Source of the DNA: Chitinophagales bacterium | GTDB taxonomy: Bacteria > Bacteroidota > Bacteroidia > Chitinophagales > UBA10324 | Length of the DNA stretch: 64,000 nt | Direction: 5' to 3' | NCBI GenBank assembly: GCA_025057275.1 | Contig: JANWXQ010000020.1 | Span: 1,004-65,003 of the forward strand | In this document: piece after piece, positions 54,701 to 63,645 of the stretch | How the letters are laid out: each line of letters begins with the position of its first letter | How positions within the stretch are numbered: the stretch's first letter is position 1 | Position numbers and translations under genes: made by a program | The notes under the pieces: model-generated | Databases searched by the model: none | What the model was told of the DNA's origin: nothing | The model's input: the letters and a program-made list of their open reading frames with translations, nothing else

Positions 54701-54941
54701 TAATGGTGACGGATTAAACGACATCTTCCTGCCCAGCCAGGTTAACGTCAGCGAATTTGAAATGTTCATCTTCAACCGATGGGGGCAGTTGTTGTTTGTC
54801 AGCAACGATGTGCTCACCGGCTGGGATGGTACCTACAAAGGAAAGCCGGAAGAAATCGGCACCTACGTTTATCACATCCGGGCAACGTTTTTGGACGGAA
54901 TGAGCTTTGAGCGTCGCGGCAACGTGCTGCTGCTGCGCTAA
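51786..54941 (+). CDS. giant cell-surface protein with SprB repeats and type B T9SS (gliding-motility-associated) C-terminal domain
   Basis: 1051 aa. Signal peptide. Two SprB-type repeats (DISCYGQSDGNVQV..PPYSYLWD, YGAKDGSASAQ..PPYSYEWN). The C-terminus AVPNAFTPNGDGLNDIFLP...FNRWGQLLF...GWDGTYKG matches the type B CTD signature. Confidence 0.85.
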   Translation: MRLPLLITILSVLGIGSSLGQQTIQLYYEDFNGATAGFTLNTAAGPSSNTGSNQWVINNQYAGSAGYPNTPDQFQTVSGTIAGAPNSNYLHIYDSGSTSSNACYNPNSPSDRMAIMNTSFCTLGLTDVELTFFYIGEGNANDYGQLYYSIDNGASWIQTGQSKYYGYNQWKYESVTDPAFNNKQNLRFAFRWVNGSGASPNIGFGVDDIIVVGTYDNINSPITLSITSVSPNPVCKGSYLFIFWQLSGPLCTGTYEVELSNSVGNFASPVSLGVFTIPSNLTSGGVAAMIPSWQANGTCYKVRINRVSPQPTITGVASGCFEIKNCPNVITTLQPVVTYGPDTVCVYSVIDVPFYSTGVYNFNNFYVAELSDMNGSFANPYFIGQSLDPNTYDPMLGSPPGSVSGIIPNVPPGCGYYVRVRSTSPVAIGSAWGPFCIRQCDVTTNNMQDISVCITDHVGKDTTIELDINTWGTGTTYNPGNEFKVQILSSKTFQILDTGSFGVVSATSSTTLTLSVPGLLDVISKLGPPGTGMYYMRIIATDPVPPWDSLATLVRLIIGSPDSLPPLVIPDDTLVCKGQISGITIFPYNFDSQYQWYSPNLNSGVPFFWEYNPLLINWANAPNGTYWFTVREYNHGCWGPWSDTVYITVIGTPSTSIFGLINACQGDTITYKTTFLAGTYYNWNTTIGQIIDTANNQITIVFDSTGTAVITVFALNECGSSTGSKNVVVHPKPVVQLPSDTTLCPGLPLTIACTSSANQFTWWGNGSTIGTTNPITTTPSGPLTVVVEGKTSVGCKNYDTMQVDVYPDVNGTLSVSDISCYGQSDGNVQVTGLDGQPPYSYLWDMNPAVTDSFLSQLGPGSYTVYITDANGCSDTLTVTLTEPSELTVGTTFTNESSYGAKDGSASAQAGGGTPPYSYEWNTNPPQNSSTATGLGPGEYIVTVTDANGCKISDTVLLKSVSNIFAVPNAFTPNGDGLNDIFLPSQVNVSEFEMFIFNRWGQLLFVSNDVLTGWDGTYKGKPEEIGTYVYHIRATFLDGMSFERRGNVLLLR

Positions 54942-54948
54942 GGAAATC

Positions 54949-55674
54949 ATGCCCTCAGGCCATAGCCTGTATTGCTTTCCTTCCCTGTTATTCTGGGGGA
55001 TGGTGATCGCATGTTCCTCTCGTGATTCTACTTCAAATCCCGTTACAGCATCCTCTGCAGATGCCGATGATGCTGCCGCTGAAAGAATGATCCAGTTGGA
55101 AGGTCTGGTTTCCGGTTCCGGCGATTCATTACGGTTTTTTCTTCTGGACCGGCCGTTTCGACCTTTTCCCGTAAGCGACAGTTCCCGACTGCTGATGCAG
55201 CGCCTTGAGGCCCTGCACAGCGAAACGGCCTCATCCACCGCGCCTTGGAACATTACGCTTCAGGGCTTCTGGCAACGTACAGCATCCGAAGGTTCCGCTG
55301 CTCCGGACAGTGTTCTGGTTATCCGAAGCGTTACGGCCTTTACCCGGGAACCTGAGTTCTTCCACCGAGGTCCCTATGAATTTTCAGCCATGGGCCCAAA
55401 CTGGACCCTGCAGGTAGATGCCTCATCCCGAACCTTGCGGTTTGACGATCTGCGTTCGGACGAAACTTATTTTTTTGAATACTTTTCTCCCACAGCCTCC
55501 GGCGAAGTATGGGTGTATGAATCCAACAATTTTGCTTCGCAGATGGCTGTGCGGGCAACCTTTTACCCTGAACCCTGCACTTCGGTGGGAACCACCTACC
55601 CGTACCGGGCAGTGGTGGTACTGAACGGCCGGACTTACACGGGATGTGCCATCAGAGGTCGGCCTGAGGAATAA
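54949..55674 (+). CDS. hypothetical lipoprotein
   Basis: The ATG at 54949 lies 7 nt after the preceding stop and gives a lipobox (GMVIAC-SSRD) and 241 aa. No family is recognised. The C-terminus is YRAVVVLNGRTYTGCAI. Confidence 0.6.
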   Translation: MPSGHSLYCFPSLLFWGMVIACSSRDSTSNPVTASSADADDAAAERMIQLEGLVSGSGDSLRFFLLDRPFRPFPVSDSSRLLMQRLEALHSETASSTAPWNITLQGFWQRTASEGSAAPDSVLVIRSVTAFTREPEFFHRGPYEFSAMGPNWTLQVDASSRTLRFDDLRSDETYFFEYFSPTASGEVWVYESNNFASQMAVRATFYPEPCTSVGTTYPYRAVVVLNGRTYTGCAIRGRPEE

Positions 55675-55719
55675 GCCTTTTCGAAAGAACAACCGGTGCA
55701 GCCCGGCAAAAGCAGCAGG

Positions 55720-57114
55720 CTACAGATGAATGACTTCGCCGTAGGCAGCAGCCGTGGCTTCCAAGATGGCCTCGCTCATCGTCGGATGGGGATGCACACT
55801 GCGAAGCAATTCATGACCGGTGGTTTCCAGTTTGCGCGCTACCACACATTCGCCAATGAGCTCGGTAACGTTGTATCCGATCAGGTGAGCACCCAGAAAT
55901 TCGCCATACCGTGCATCAAAAATGACTTTAACGAATCCTTCCGAATGACCGGCGGCTTTGGCCTTGCCGCTGGCGGAAAACGGGAATTTTCCCACCTTCA
56001 GTTCATAACCGGCCTTAAGAGCTGCCTGTTCCGTATATCCTACGGAGGCAATCTCAGGCAGGCAATACGTGCAGGCCGGCAGGTTGTTGTAGTCTAAAGG
56101 TGCCGGATTTTTTCCGGCAATCTTTTCCACGCAGATAATTCCTTCAGCCGAAGCCACGTGAGCCAGCGCAGGTCCTTTGACGATGTCGCCAATGGCGTAA
56201 TAACCGGCAGCTGTCGTTCGATAGAAATCGTCAACGACCACCTTACCGGATTCCGTTCGGATGCCGGTTTCTTCCAGCCCGATACCCTCCAGATTAGGAG
56301 CAATGCCGACTGCAGAGAGCACCACGTCGCAGGTAATTTGTTCGGTTCCCTTAGGCGTTTTGACTGTAACCCGGCAACCCTTACCCGAAGTGTCCACTGC
56401 CTCTACTGATGAACCCGTCCAGACAGTAATACCTTGCTTGCGGAAGCTGCGTTCGAGCTCCTTGGAAATGTCTTCGTCTTCGGCAGGCACAATTCGGGGC
56501 ATAAACTCGACCAGGGTCACCCGGGTGCCGATGCTGTTGTAGAAGTAGGCAAATTCCACTCCGATGGCCCCTGCACCCACAATAACCATACTGGCCGGTT
56601 GCTGGCTCAGGCTCATGGCTTCGCGGTAGCCGATGATTTTTTTTCCGTCCTGCTTCAGCTGGGGCAATTCCTTGGAACGGCCGCCTGTGGCAATAATGAT
56701 GTGGCTGGCCGAAACGGTACTCTTTTTTCCTGCTGCATCGGTCACTTCCACCTGACGGCCGGGCCGGATGCGCGCAGTCCCGGAAATAACATCAATTTTA
56801 TTTTTTTTCATAAGAAACTGCACGCCCTTGCTCATGCCTTCAGCCACGCTGCGGCTGCGCTTGATCATGGCCGGAAAATCAGCCGGCGGCGCCGACAGCC
56901 TAATGCCAAAGTCTTCCGCATGCAGCAGGTATTGATACACCTGGGCGCTTTTCAGCAGGGCCTTGGTGGGAATGCAGCCCCAGTTCAGGCAAACCCCGCC
57001 CAGCGCTTCCTTTTCTATTACGGCGGTGCGAAGGCCCAGCTGCGCAGCGCGAATGGCCGCCACGTAGCCGCCCGGCCCGCTGCCCACAACAATCAGATCG
57101 TAGTTAGAGGCCAT
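55720..57114 (-). CDS. lpdA: dihydrolipoyl dehydrogenase
   Basis: 464 aa. FAD motif VVGSGPGGYVAA, redox disulfide CLNWGCIPTK, NAD motif VGAGAIGVEFA, and C-terminal HPHPTMSE. Confidence 0.95.
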   Translation of the reverse strand: MASNYDLIVVGSGPGGYVAAIRAAQLGLRTAVIEKEALGGVCLNWGCIPTKALLKSAQVYQYLLHAEDFGIRLSAPPADFPAMIKRSRSVAEGMSKGVQFLMKKNKIDVISGTARIRPGRQVEVTDAAGKKSTVSASHIIIATGGRSKELPQLKQDGKKIIGYREAMSLSQQPASMVIVGAGAIGVEFAYFYNSIGTRVTLVEFMPRIVPAEDEDISKELERSFRKQGITVWTGSSVEAVDTSGKGCRVTVKTPKGTEQITCDVVLSAVGIAPNLEGIGLEETGIRTESGKVVVDDFYRTTAAGYYAIGDIVKGPALAHVASAEGIICVEKIAGKNPAPLDYNNLPACTYCLPEIASVGYTEQAALKAGYELKVGKFPFSASGKAKAAGHSEGFVKVIFDARYGEFLGAHLIGYNVTELIGECVVARKLETTGHELLRSVHPHPTMSEAILEATAAAYGEVIHL

Positions 57115-57175
57115 GAAGCAAGGTAAGAGCGCAGCAAGATACTAAGCGGCCTGCAAAAGCTCGGGAACCACTCCT

Positions 57176-57841
57176 TCAGCGCAGGTCTACGACCTCAATG
57201 CCCGGATAGGCTCTTGGGTCGAAGTGGAAGAACGAATCAGCCAGTTGCGGATTGGCAGTAAAACTTTTGATTTCGTAGTAATACCGGTTGCCGTTTTTGT
57301 CGAACACCACGGCATTTTGAACCATTCGGGTGGCCTTGTCAATACCCAGACGCACCTTGAAGTACGGCTTGGTTTTATCCAGAGGAGTCAGCTCAATAAA
57401 CTGAATGGTTTTGCCCTGCATCTGTTTTTCATCCGTAAAGGCATACAAAAAGTCTTTTTCATACAGCGTAAACAACTGCATGGGTGTGATCGTGTTTTCA
57501 TCCGGCTCGTAGTGATTGACCTGAACTTCGTTGGCCTCCTTGAGGTAGGTCCAGATCGTAACGTTGTCGCTGATGACTTCCTGATTTTTTAGCGACAACT
57601 TGAACTTGTTGCCTTTCATGAACAACGTGCCGGTCTGCACGTCAGAGGTTTTGGCATTGGGGCTTTCCACACGAATGGAAAAATCTGCCTTAGCGGAGCG
57701 TAGTTCCTTATAAGTGGCGCTGACGCTGTTCAGAATTTGCGTAGCCCTCGGATCGTTCTGTTGGGAGAAGCCGGCATGGGCAAGCACCAGCAGACTCCAG
57801 CTTGCCAATCCGGCTCGAACCGTATTCATCGAAATGGACAC
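57176..57841 (-). CDS. LolA-like outer-membrane lipoprotein carrier/sorting protein
   Basis: 221 aa with a signal peptide. Contains the LolA-like ADFSIRVESP...GTLFMKGNKFKL. It lies immediately downstream of ftsK, which is conserved Bacteroidota synteny. Confidence 0.7.
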   Translation of the reverse strand: MSISMNTVRAGLASWSLLVLAHAGFSQQNDPRATQILNSVSATYKELRSAKADFSIRVESPNAKTSDVQTGTLFMKGNKFKLSLKNQEVISDNVTIWTYLKEANEVQVNHYEPDENTITPMQLFTLYEKDFLYAFTDEKQMQGKTIQFIELTPLDKTKPYFKVRLGIDKATRMVQNAVVFDKNGNRYYYEIKSFTANPQLADSFFHFDPRAYPGIEVVDLR

Positions 57842-57867
57842 TTGTGCTGCGGGGCAAAGTTCTGCAA

Positions 57868-60339
57868 TTACCCCTTTCCTTCCGCTAACGAACTCAAATA
57901 TTGTTCCAGTTCCATTTCGGAATGGATGAGCACATCGCGCGCTTTGCTGCCCTGATTGGGACCAACAATGCCGGCCGATTCCAGTTGATCCATCAGGCGA
58001 CCAGCCCGGTTGTAACCCAGCTTTAACCTGCGTTGGATGAGGGACGTGGACCCCTGCTGATACTGAACAACGAGACGCGCTGCTTCTTCAAAAAGCTCAT
58101 CGCGCTGCGACAGGTCGTTCAGGTCGGTATCGTCATCGTTTTCATCTTTCACTTCCGGCAGCAGGTGGGGTTGCGGATAGCCGCGCTGACTGGCGATGAA
58201 TGCGCAGATGCGTTCCACTTCAGGTGTATCCACAAATCCGCATTGCAGGCGCAACAGGTCGCTGCCCAGCGACAGGAGCATATCACCGCGCCCGATGAGC
58301 TGTTCGGCTCCGCCCTGATCCAGAATGGTGCGGCTGTCCACCTTGGAGGTAACCTTAAAAGCCATTCGGGCAGGAAAATTGGCTTTAATAGTGCCTGTAA
58401 TGATATTGACGGAAGGCCGCTGAGTGGCAATGATCAGGTGAATGCCGATGGCGCGGGCCAGTTGCGCAAGCCGCGTAATCGGCGTTTCAATTTCCTTGCC
58501 GGCCGTCATGATCAGGTCGGCAAATTCGTCAATAACCAGAACGATGTATGGCAGGAAGCGATGACCCTTCTGCGGATTGAGCTGGCGGCGAACAAATTTG
58601 GCATTGTATTCCTTAACGTTGCGGCACTGCGCTTCCTTGAGCAGGTCATAGCGCAATTCCATCTCGATGGTCAGCGCCTTTAAGGTGTGTACCACTTTGC
58701 GCGTATCCATGATGATGGCTTCTTCATGGCCGGGCAGCTTGGCCAGATAATGGTGCTCAATGGCAGAATAAAGCGACAATTCCACCTTCTTCGGATCAAT
58801 GAGCACAAACTTGACCTGGGAAGGATGCTTTTTATACAGCAGGGAAATGAGAATGGCATTGATGCCAACGGATTTTCCCTGTCCGGTGGCACCGGCCATG
58901 AGCAGATGAGGCATACGGGCCAGGTCGGCAAGAAAAATTTCATTGCCAATGGTTTTACCCAGAGCAATGGGCAATTCCATACCTGCATGCTGAAACTTTT
59001 CCGATGCCAGCAGCGTGCGCATGGAAACAATTTCCTTGTTGGCATTGGGCACTTCAATGCCGATGGTTCCCCTGCCGGGAATCGGCGCAATGATGCGGAT
59101 GCCCAATGCCGCCAGGCTCAGCGCAATGTCGTCTTCCAGATTCTTGATTTTGGAAATGCGGATGCCCGGAGCCGGTACAATTTCGTACAGCGTGACCGTT
59201 GGCCCTACCGTGGCTTTGATGCTTTGAATTTCAATACCATAGTTCCGCAGCGTGTTTACGATCTGATCCTTGTTCTGCATCAGCTCTTCGGCATCCACGC
59301 GCGGCTTGTCGTTGCCGTGCTGCTCCAACAAATCCAGGGGTGGAAATTCATAGCCGCTCAGGTCCAGCGTGGGGTCGTATTCGGTTTCAGGCAGGGACCC
59401 GGTGTGGGAAACAGCTTCATCAACCGGTTCCACTATGGTCAGTTCAGGATCAGCGGCGACGCTTTCTTCCTCCGAACGTTCCACATGCCGCATTTCAGGA
59501 ACATGCAGCCGTTCTTCGGCATCGCCCGAGCGGTCTTCGTCAATGGGCTCCTGGGTGCGGATCGGCTGACTCAAGGTAGCGCTAGCAGCCGGGCGCTCCA
59601 GCAGGATCATTTCAGGCCCGGAAGGCAAGGTGGAATCATCGGTTTGCGCAGTGCCTGCTTCTTCCGTTTCAGCCGGTAGTGCCTCCTCTGCTTTTTTACG
59701 CTGCGGCAGAGTCCACCAACGGTTTACGGTGGCCATTCCGACTGCCACAGGAACGAACAGCAGCAATAAGGCCGTTCCAGCCGTTCCCAGAAATCCAATC
59801 AGCCAACCGGAAAGCAGCCGGCCAACAGCACCGCCCCATGGAAACGGTGCAGCACCGCCAACAAAGTGAATCAGCGTGGGCAGAAACAGCAGCCCCAGCA
59901 ACGTAAGCGTTGCCAGTCGGGTTATATGAAAAATTTTTTTCTGTAATGCCAGATTGGCTCCTATTCCACCAGCCAGCAGGACAAGCAAAAACGTACTGAT
60001 CCCAAACCCGTTATAGAAAAAAAAATGCGATGCATAGGCACCCAGCCTTCCCAGATGATTGGCCACCTCAAAACGGCCCAGGAGAAAGTCGTGCCAACGG
60101 AAGCGAAATACCTTGTCCTGATCTTCCTGCCAGGTAAACAGATACGAAACCGAAGCCAGCAGCAGAAAAACCGAAAACAGCAATAAGGTCAGTCCTGTCA
60201 GGCGCTGGATGCGTTCCGGTACCCGTAGCGGCCACCAGGCAGCGGCGCCTTTTTTGTCTTTTCGTTTCCGTGAACCGGAACGTGCGGTCTTGCCGTTAGC
60301 AGCAGCGGCATCGTCGGAATCGGGGGTTTGCCGTGGCAT
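57868..60339 (-). CDS. ftsK: DNA translocase FtsK
   Basis: 823 aa. N-terminal TM domain and an acidic linker. Motor domain with Walker A GATGQGKSV and Walker B VLVIDEFADL. C-terminal gamma wHTH (SLIQRRLKLGYNRAGRLMDQLE). Confidence 0.95.
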   Translation of the reverse strand: MPRQTPDSDDAAAANGKTARSGSRKRKDKKGAAAWWPLRVPERIQRLTGLTLLLFSVFLLLASVSYLFTWQEDQDKVFRFRWHDFLLGRFEVANHLGRLGAYASHFFFYNGFGISTFLLVLLAGGIGANLALQKKIFHITRLATLTLLGLLFLPTLIHFVGGAAPFPWGGAVGRLLSGWLIGFLGTAGTALLLLFVPVAVGMATVNRWWTLPQRKKAEEALPAETEEAGTAQTDDSTLPSGPEMILLERPAASATLSQPIRTQEPIDEDRSGDAEERLHVPEMRHVERSEEESVAADPELTIVEPVDEAVSHTGSLPETEYDPTLDLSGYEFPPLDLLEQHGNDKPRVDAEELMQNKDQIVNTLRNYGIEIQSIKATVGPTVTLYEIVPAPGIRISKIKNLEDDIALSLAALGIRIIAPIPGRGTIGIEVPNANKEIVSMRTLLASEKFQHAGMELPIALGKTIGNEIFLADLARMPHLLMAGATGQGKSVGINAILISLLYKKHPSQVKFVLIDPKKVELSLYSAIEHHYLAKLPGHEEAIIMDTRKVVHTLKALTIEMELRYDLLKEAQCRNVKEYNAKFVRRQLNPQKGHRFLPYIVLVIDEFADLIMTAGKEIETPITRLAQLARAIGIHLIIATQRPSVNIITGTIKANFPARMAFKVTSKVDSRTILDQGGAEQLIGRGDMLLSLGSDLLRLQCGFVDTPEVERICAFIASQRGYPQPHLLPEVKDENDDDTDLNDLSQRDELFEEAARLVVQYQQGSTSLIQRRLKLGYNRAGRLMDQLESAGIVGPNQGSKARDVLIHSEMELEQYLSSLAEGKG

Positions 60340-60432
60340 AGCGCAAATGGGTAAGGTTGTAAAGTTATCGGCCTCTTCAGGCAGCTAAGGCCTGCAACAT
60401 CCGAGTTTTCAACAGCTACACAGGGTAACGTC

Positions 60433-60440
60433 TATCTTTG
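60433..60440 (+). promoter_or_regulatory. candidate Bacteroidota -7 promoter box (TAnnTTTG)
   Basis: TATCTTTG lies 78 nt upstream of the pruA ATG at 60519. Confidence 0.25.
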
Positions 60441-60518
60441 CGGAAAATTTTTTACAGCCACCGCCAGGTGGCCGCAGTTTTTTACCCTATTAAAAAATAC
60501 AAATTAATTCCTCTGGCC

Positions 60519-62144
60519 ATGAGCGCAGGATTCTTTCAGGTGCCCCTTCCGTCCAATGAACCGGTGTACAGCTACGGACCCGGCACACCGGAGCGTCGTC
60601 AGCTGCAGGAAACGCTCCGCCATCTCAAGCAGCAACAATGGGATATTCCCATGTTTATCGGTGGCAGGGAAGTGCGTACAGGGCAGCTGCAGCCCATTCA
60701 TCCGCCGCACGAACGAAACCACCTGCTGGGGCATTTTCATAAAGGCAGCAGCGAACACATCCACCAGGCCATAGCAGCGGCCCTGGCAGCCAAAAAAGCA
60801 TGGGAGCATCTGGGATGGGAAGACCGCCTGGCTATTTTTCTAAAAGCGGCCGAACTGCTCAGTGGCCCTTACCGTCCGCTGATCAATGCGGCCACCATGT
60901 TGTGCCAGTCCAAAAATGTCTTTCAGGCCGAAATCGATGCGGCCTGCGAGCTGACGGACTTCTGGCGCTTCAACACCCGCTTTGCCCATGAACTGTATGC
61001 GCAACAGCCCATTTCAGTGAAAGGGGTTTGGAACCGCACCGAACAGCGGCCGCTGGAAGGATTTGTGGTGGCCATCACTCCGTTCAATTTTACCTCTATC
61101 GCCGGCAACCTGCCTACAGCGCCTGCCATGTTGGGCAACACAGTAGTCTGGAAACCGGCCAACACGCAGGTGTATTCGGCATGGGTGATCATGCAGGTGC
61201 TCCGTGAAGCGGGATTGCCCGACGGCGTCATCAATCTGATTTATGCCGATGGTTCGGAAACCGGAAAAGTTTGCTTTTCGCATCCTGATTTTGCCGGTAT
61301 CCACTTCACCGGCTCCACCGGAGTATTTCAAAGCATGTGGAGTACGATCGGCGCCAACATCAGCAGGTACAAGTCGTATCCGCGCATCGTGGGGGAAACC
61401 GGCGGAAAAGATTTTGTCATCGCACATGCCAGCGCCGACGTGCCGGCGTTGGCAACAGCGCTGTCGCGAGGCGCTTTTGAATATCAGGGGCAAAAATGCT
61501 CGGCAGCCTCAAGGGCTTACCTGCCTTCCAACCTGTGGCCGCAGGTCAGGAAACTGCTGCAGGAGCAGGTGAACTCTTTTTCCATAGGCAGTCCGGAAGA
61601 TTTTCGCAATTTCTTCAACGCCGTAATTGATCAGGCCTCTTTTAATAAACTGGCCGCTGCCATTGACCGCGCCAAAGCCGATGGAGCTGAATTCATTACC
61701 GGCGGCACATACGATTCCACTACAGGCTACTTCATTTCCCCTACAACCTTCCGCGTGGATGACCCGAAATACATTACCATGTGCGAAGAATTGTTCGGTC
61801 CAGTATTAACGATTTTTGTATACGATGAAAACCGATACGAAGAAACGTTGACGCTTGTTGACCAGACTTCACCCTACGGGCTGACGGGAGCGGTCTTTGC
61901 TCAGGACCGTTCGGCCATTCGCCTGGCCACCGAGCGGTTGCGCCATGCGGCCGGCAATTTTTACATCAACGACAAACCCACCGGAGCGGTTGTGGCCCAG
62001 CAGCCGTTCGGCGGCTCGCGGGCTTCAGGCACCAACGATAAAGCAGGCAGCCCGATCAACTTGTTGCGCTGGCTGTCGCCCCGATCTATTAAGGAAACGT
62101 TTGTGCCGCCGCGCGATTATCGTTATCCGTTCATGGAACCCTGA
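60519..62144 (+). CDS. pruA: L-glutamate gamma-semialdehyde (1-pyrroline-5-carboxylate) dehydrogenase
   Basis: The ATG at 60519 (MSAGFFQVPLPSNEPV) gives 541 aa. Aldehyde dehydrogenase motifs are present: ETGGKDF, and the catalytic Cys in EYQGQKCSAASR. Confidence 0.9.
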   Translation: MSAGFFQVPLPSNEPVYSYGPGTPERRQLQETLRHLKQQQWDIPMFIGGREVRTGQLQPIHPPHERNHLLGHFHKGSSEHIHQAIAAALAAKKAWEHLGWEDRLAIFLKAAELLSGPYRPLINAATMLCQSKNVFQAEIDAACELTDFWRFNTRFAHELYAQQPISVKGVWNRTEQRPLEGFVVAITPFNFTSIAGNLPTAPAMLGNTVVWKPANTQVYSAWVIMQVLREAGLPDGVINLIYADGSETGKVCFSHPDFAGIHFTGSTGVFQSMWSTIGANISRYKSYPRIVGETGGKDFVIAHASADVPALATALSRGAFEYQGQKCSAASRAYLPSNLWPQVRKLLQEQVNSFSIGSPEDFRNFFNAVIDQASFNKLAAAIDRAKADGAEFITGGTYDSTTGYFISPTTFRVDDPKYITMCEELFGPVLTIFVYDENRYEETLTLVDQTSPYGLTGAVFAQDRSAIRLATERLRHAAGNFYINDKPTGAVVAQQPFGGSRASGTNDKAGSPINLLRWLSPRSIKETFVPPRDYRYPFMEP

Positions 62145-63067
62145 GCTACTGCTGCCTGCCGAACGGCAAAGCGCTGCCCTTCCAAAGCAAGCCGGGTATT
62201 GGGAAATACGGCGCGGGCCTCCTTGAGAACGGGATCCAGATGGGTATAGCGCGATCCAAAATGTCCCAATAACAGTTGACTCACGCCTGCTTTTCGGGCC
62301 AGCTCTGCCGCCTGAGCCGCCGTGCTGTGATGGGTTAGGGCAGCGCGATCGGCCAGATCGCTGAGAAATGTGGCTTCGTGATAAAGCAGATCGGCGCCGG
62401 CGATGAGTGCTGCCAGCGATTCGTCGTAGCGGGTGTCGCTGCAACAGGCATAAACGGCAGGTGGCAACGGATCCAGCGTGAGGTCTTCGTTTTTCCAGAA
62501 CGAGCCGTTCCACTCCAGGTCTTTTCCTTCACGCAGCAACCTGATGTGCTCTGGCTGCAGCCGATAACGCTCTACCGCATCGGGGCGGATGCGGCGCGGC
62601 ATGGGCTTTTCCCGGAACAGAAAGCCGCAACAGGGAATGCGGTGTTGCATAGGCAGGGTGCTGACCACCAACGTTTCCGATTCGTACAACTGTTCCACAT
62701 CTTGGCCCGAAAACGTATGAAAATGCACCGGATAAACCAGCTGGGTTTCGGAATAACGAAAATGCAAATGGATGATTTCCTCCAGGCCGGGCGGCGAGAA
62801 AATGTGAAGCGGGGCTCGCCTTTGCAGCAGATGGAATGTGGTCAGCAACCCGATAAGGCCATAGTAATGGTCGCCGTGCAAATGCGAAATGAAGATGTGG
62901 TGGATCCGGCTGCGCCGAACGCGCAACGCATCCATGCGCATCTGGGTTCCTTCGCCACAGTCTACCAGAAACAGCTGATCATTGTGGTTGACCACCTGAG
63001 CGGTGGGATGGCGGCCGTGCGCCGGTATAGAGGAATTGCTGCCTAAAATGAGTACGTCAAAGGTCAT
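62123..63067 (-). CDS. rnz: ribonuclease Z
   Basis: 314 aa. Metallo-beta-lactamase motif SHLHGDHYYGL. The N-terminus LILGSNSSIPAHGRHPTAQVV..LFLVDCGEGTQ is typical of RNase Z. Confidence 0.9.
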   Translation of the reverse strand: MTFDVLILGSNSSIPAHGRHPTAQVVNHNDQLFLVDCGEGTQMRMDALRVRRSRIHHIFISHLHGDHYYGLIGLLTTFHLLQRRAPLHIFSPPGLEEIIHLHFRYSETQLVYPVHFHTFSGQDVEQLYESETLVVSTLPMQHRIPCCGFLFREKPMPRRIRPDAVERYRLQPEHIRLLREGKDLEWNGSFWKNEDLTLDPLPPAVYACCSDTRYDESLAALIAGADLLYHEATFLSDLADRAALTHHSTAAQAAELARKAGVSQLLLGHFGSRYTHLDPVLKEARAVFPNTRLALEGQRFAVRQAAVAQGSMNG

Positions 63068-63444
63068 GCCTGGTCAGGCTCGCGCAATTCGTTTTCCAAT
63101 TCCTGCATGAGCACAAAATCCTTGGACTCTTCGGCTGTGTTGACCAGATGCAGCACCGATTCCAATTGCGAGATGCGGAGCAACCGCCGTACCTGCTCGT
63201 CGGCACCGGCCAGCACAAACACCCCACCGGAATTGCGGCATAACCGGTCGCAAATCAGAATGGCGCTCAGCCCGGAACTGTCCACGTATTTCACAGGGCT
63301 TAAATCCAGAATGATGTTTTTGTGACCTTCGGCATTCAGCAGAATCATCTCCGATTTCAATAGGGGGGCATTCTGTGAATTGAGTTTATCGTCCTCCAGC
63401 CGAAACAGACAGTACTTGTCTTCTTTTTCTACACTGTAGCGCAT
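63064..63444 (-). CDS. STAS-domain protein (anti-sigma-factor antagonist family)
   Basis: The ATG at 63444 (MRYSVEKEDKY) gives 126 aa. It contains ILDLSPVKYVDSSGLSAIL, the conserved Ser context of SpoIIAA-like proteins. The stop overlaps the rnz start in an ATGA. Confidence 0.8.
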   Translation of the reverse strand: MRYSVEKEDKYCLFRLEDDKLNSQNAPLLKSEMILLNAEGHKNIILDLSPVKYVDSSGLSAILICDRLCRNSGGVFVLAGADEQVRRLLRISQLESVLHLVNTAEESKDFVLMQELENELREPDQA

Positions 63445-63645
63445 GGGTGGCCTTGCCGCAAAGTAAGCCATTCTGCCCATATGGCGCATGAACGCTGCTC
63501 CTGCCCGTTGCTGACAGACAGTGTGGCGGAGGCCTGTTGAAAACCGGACAATGACGCCGGCCATTTTGTAAATACCTTCATCACACCTTAATTTCGGCAA
63601 GGCGCCACAGCAAATTGGCGGGGTCTTTGATTCAGGTAAAAAAAG

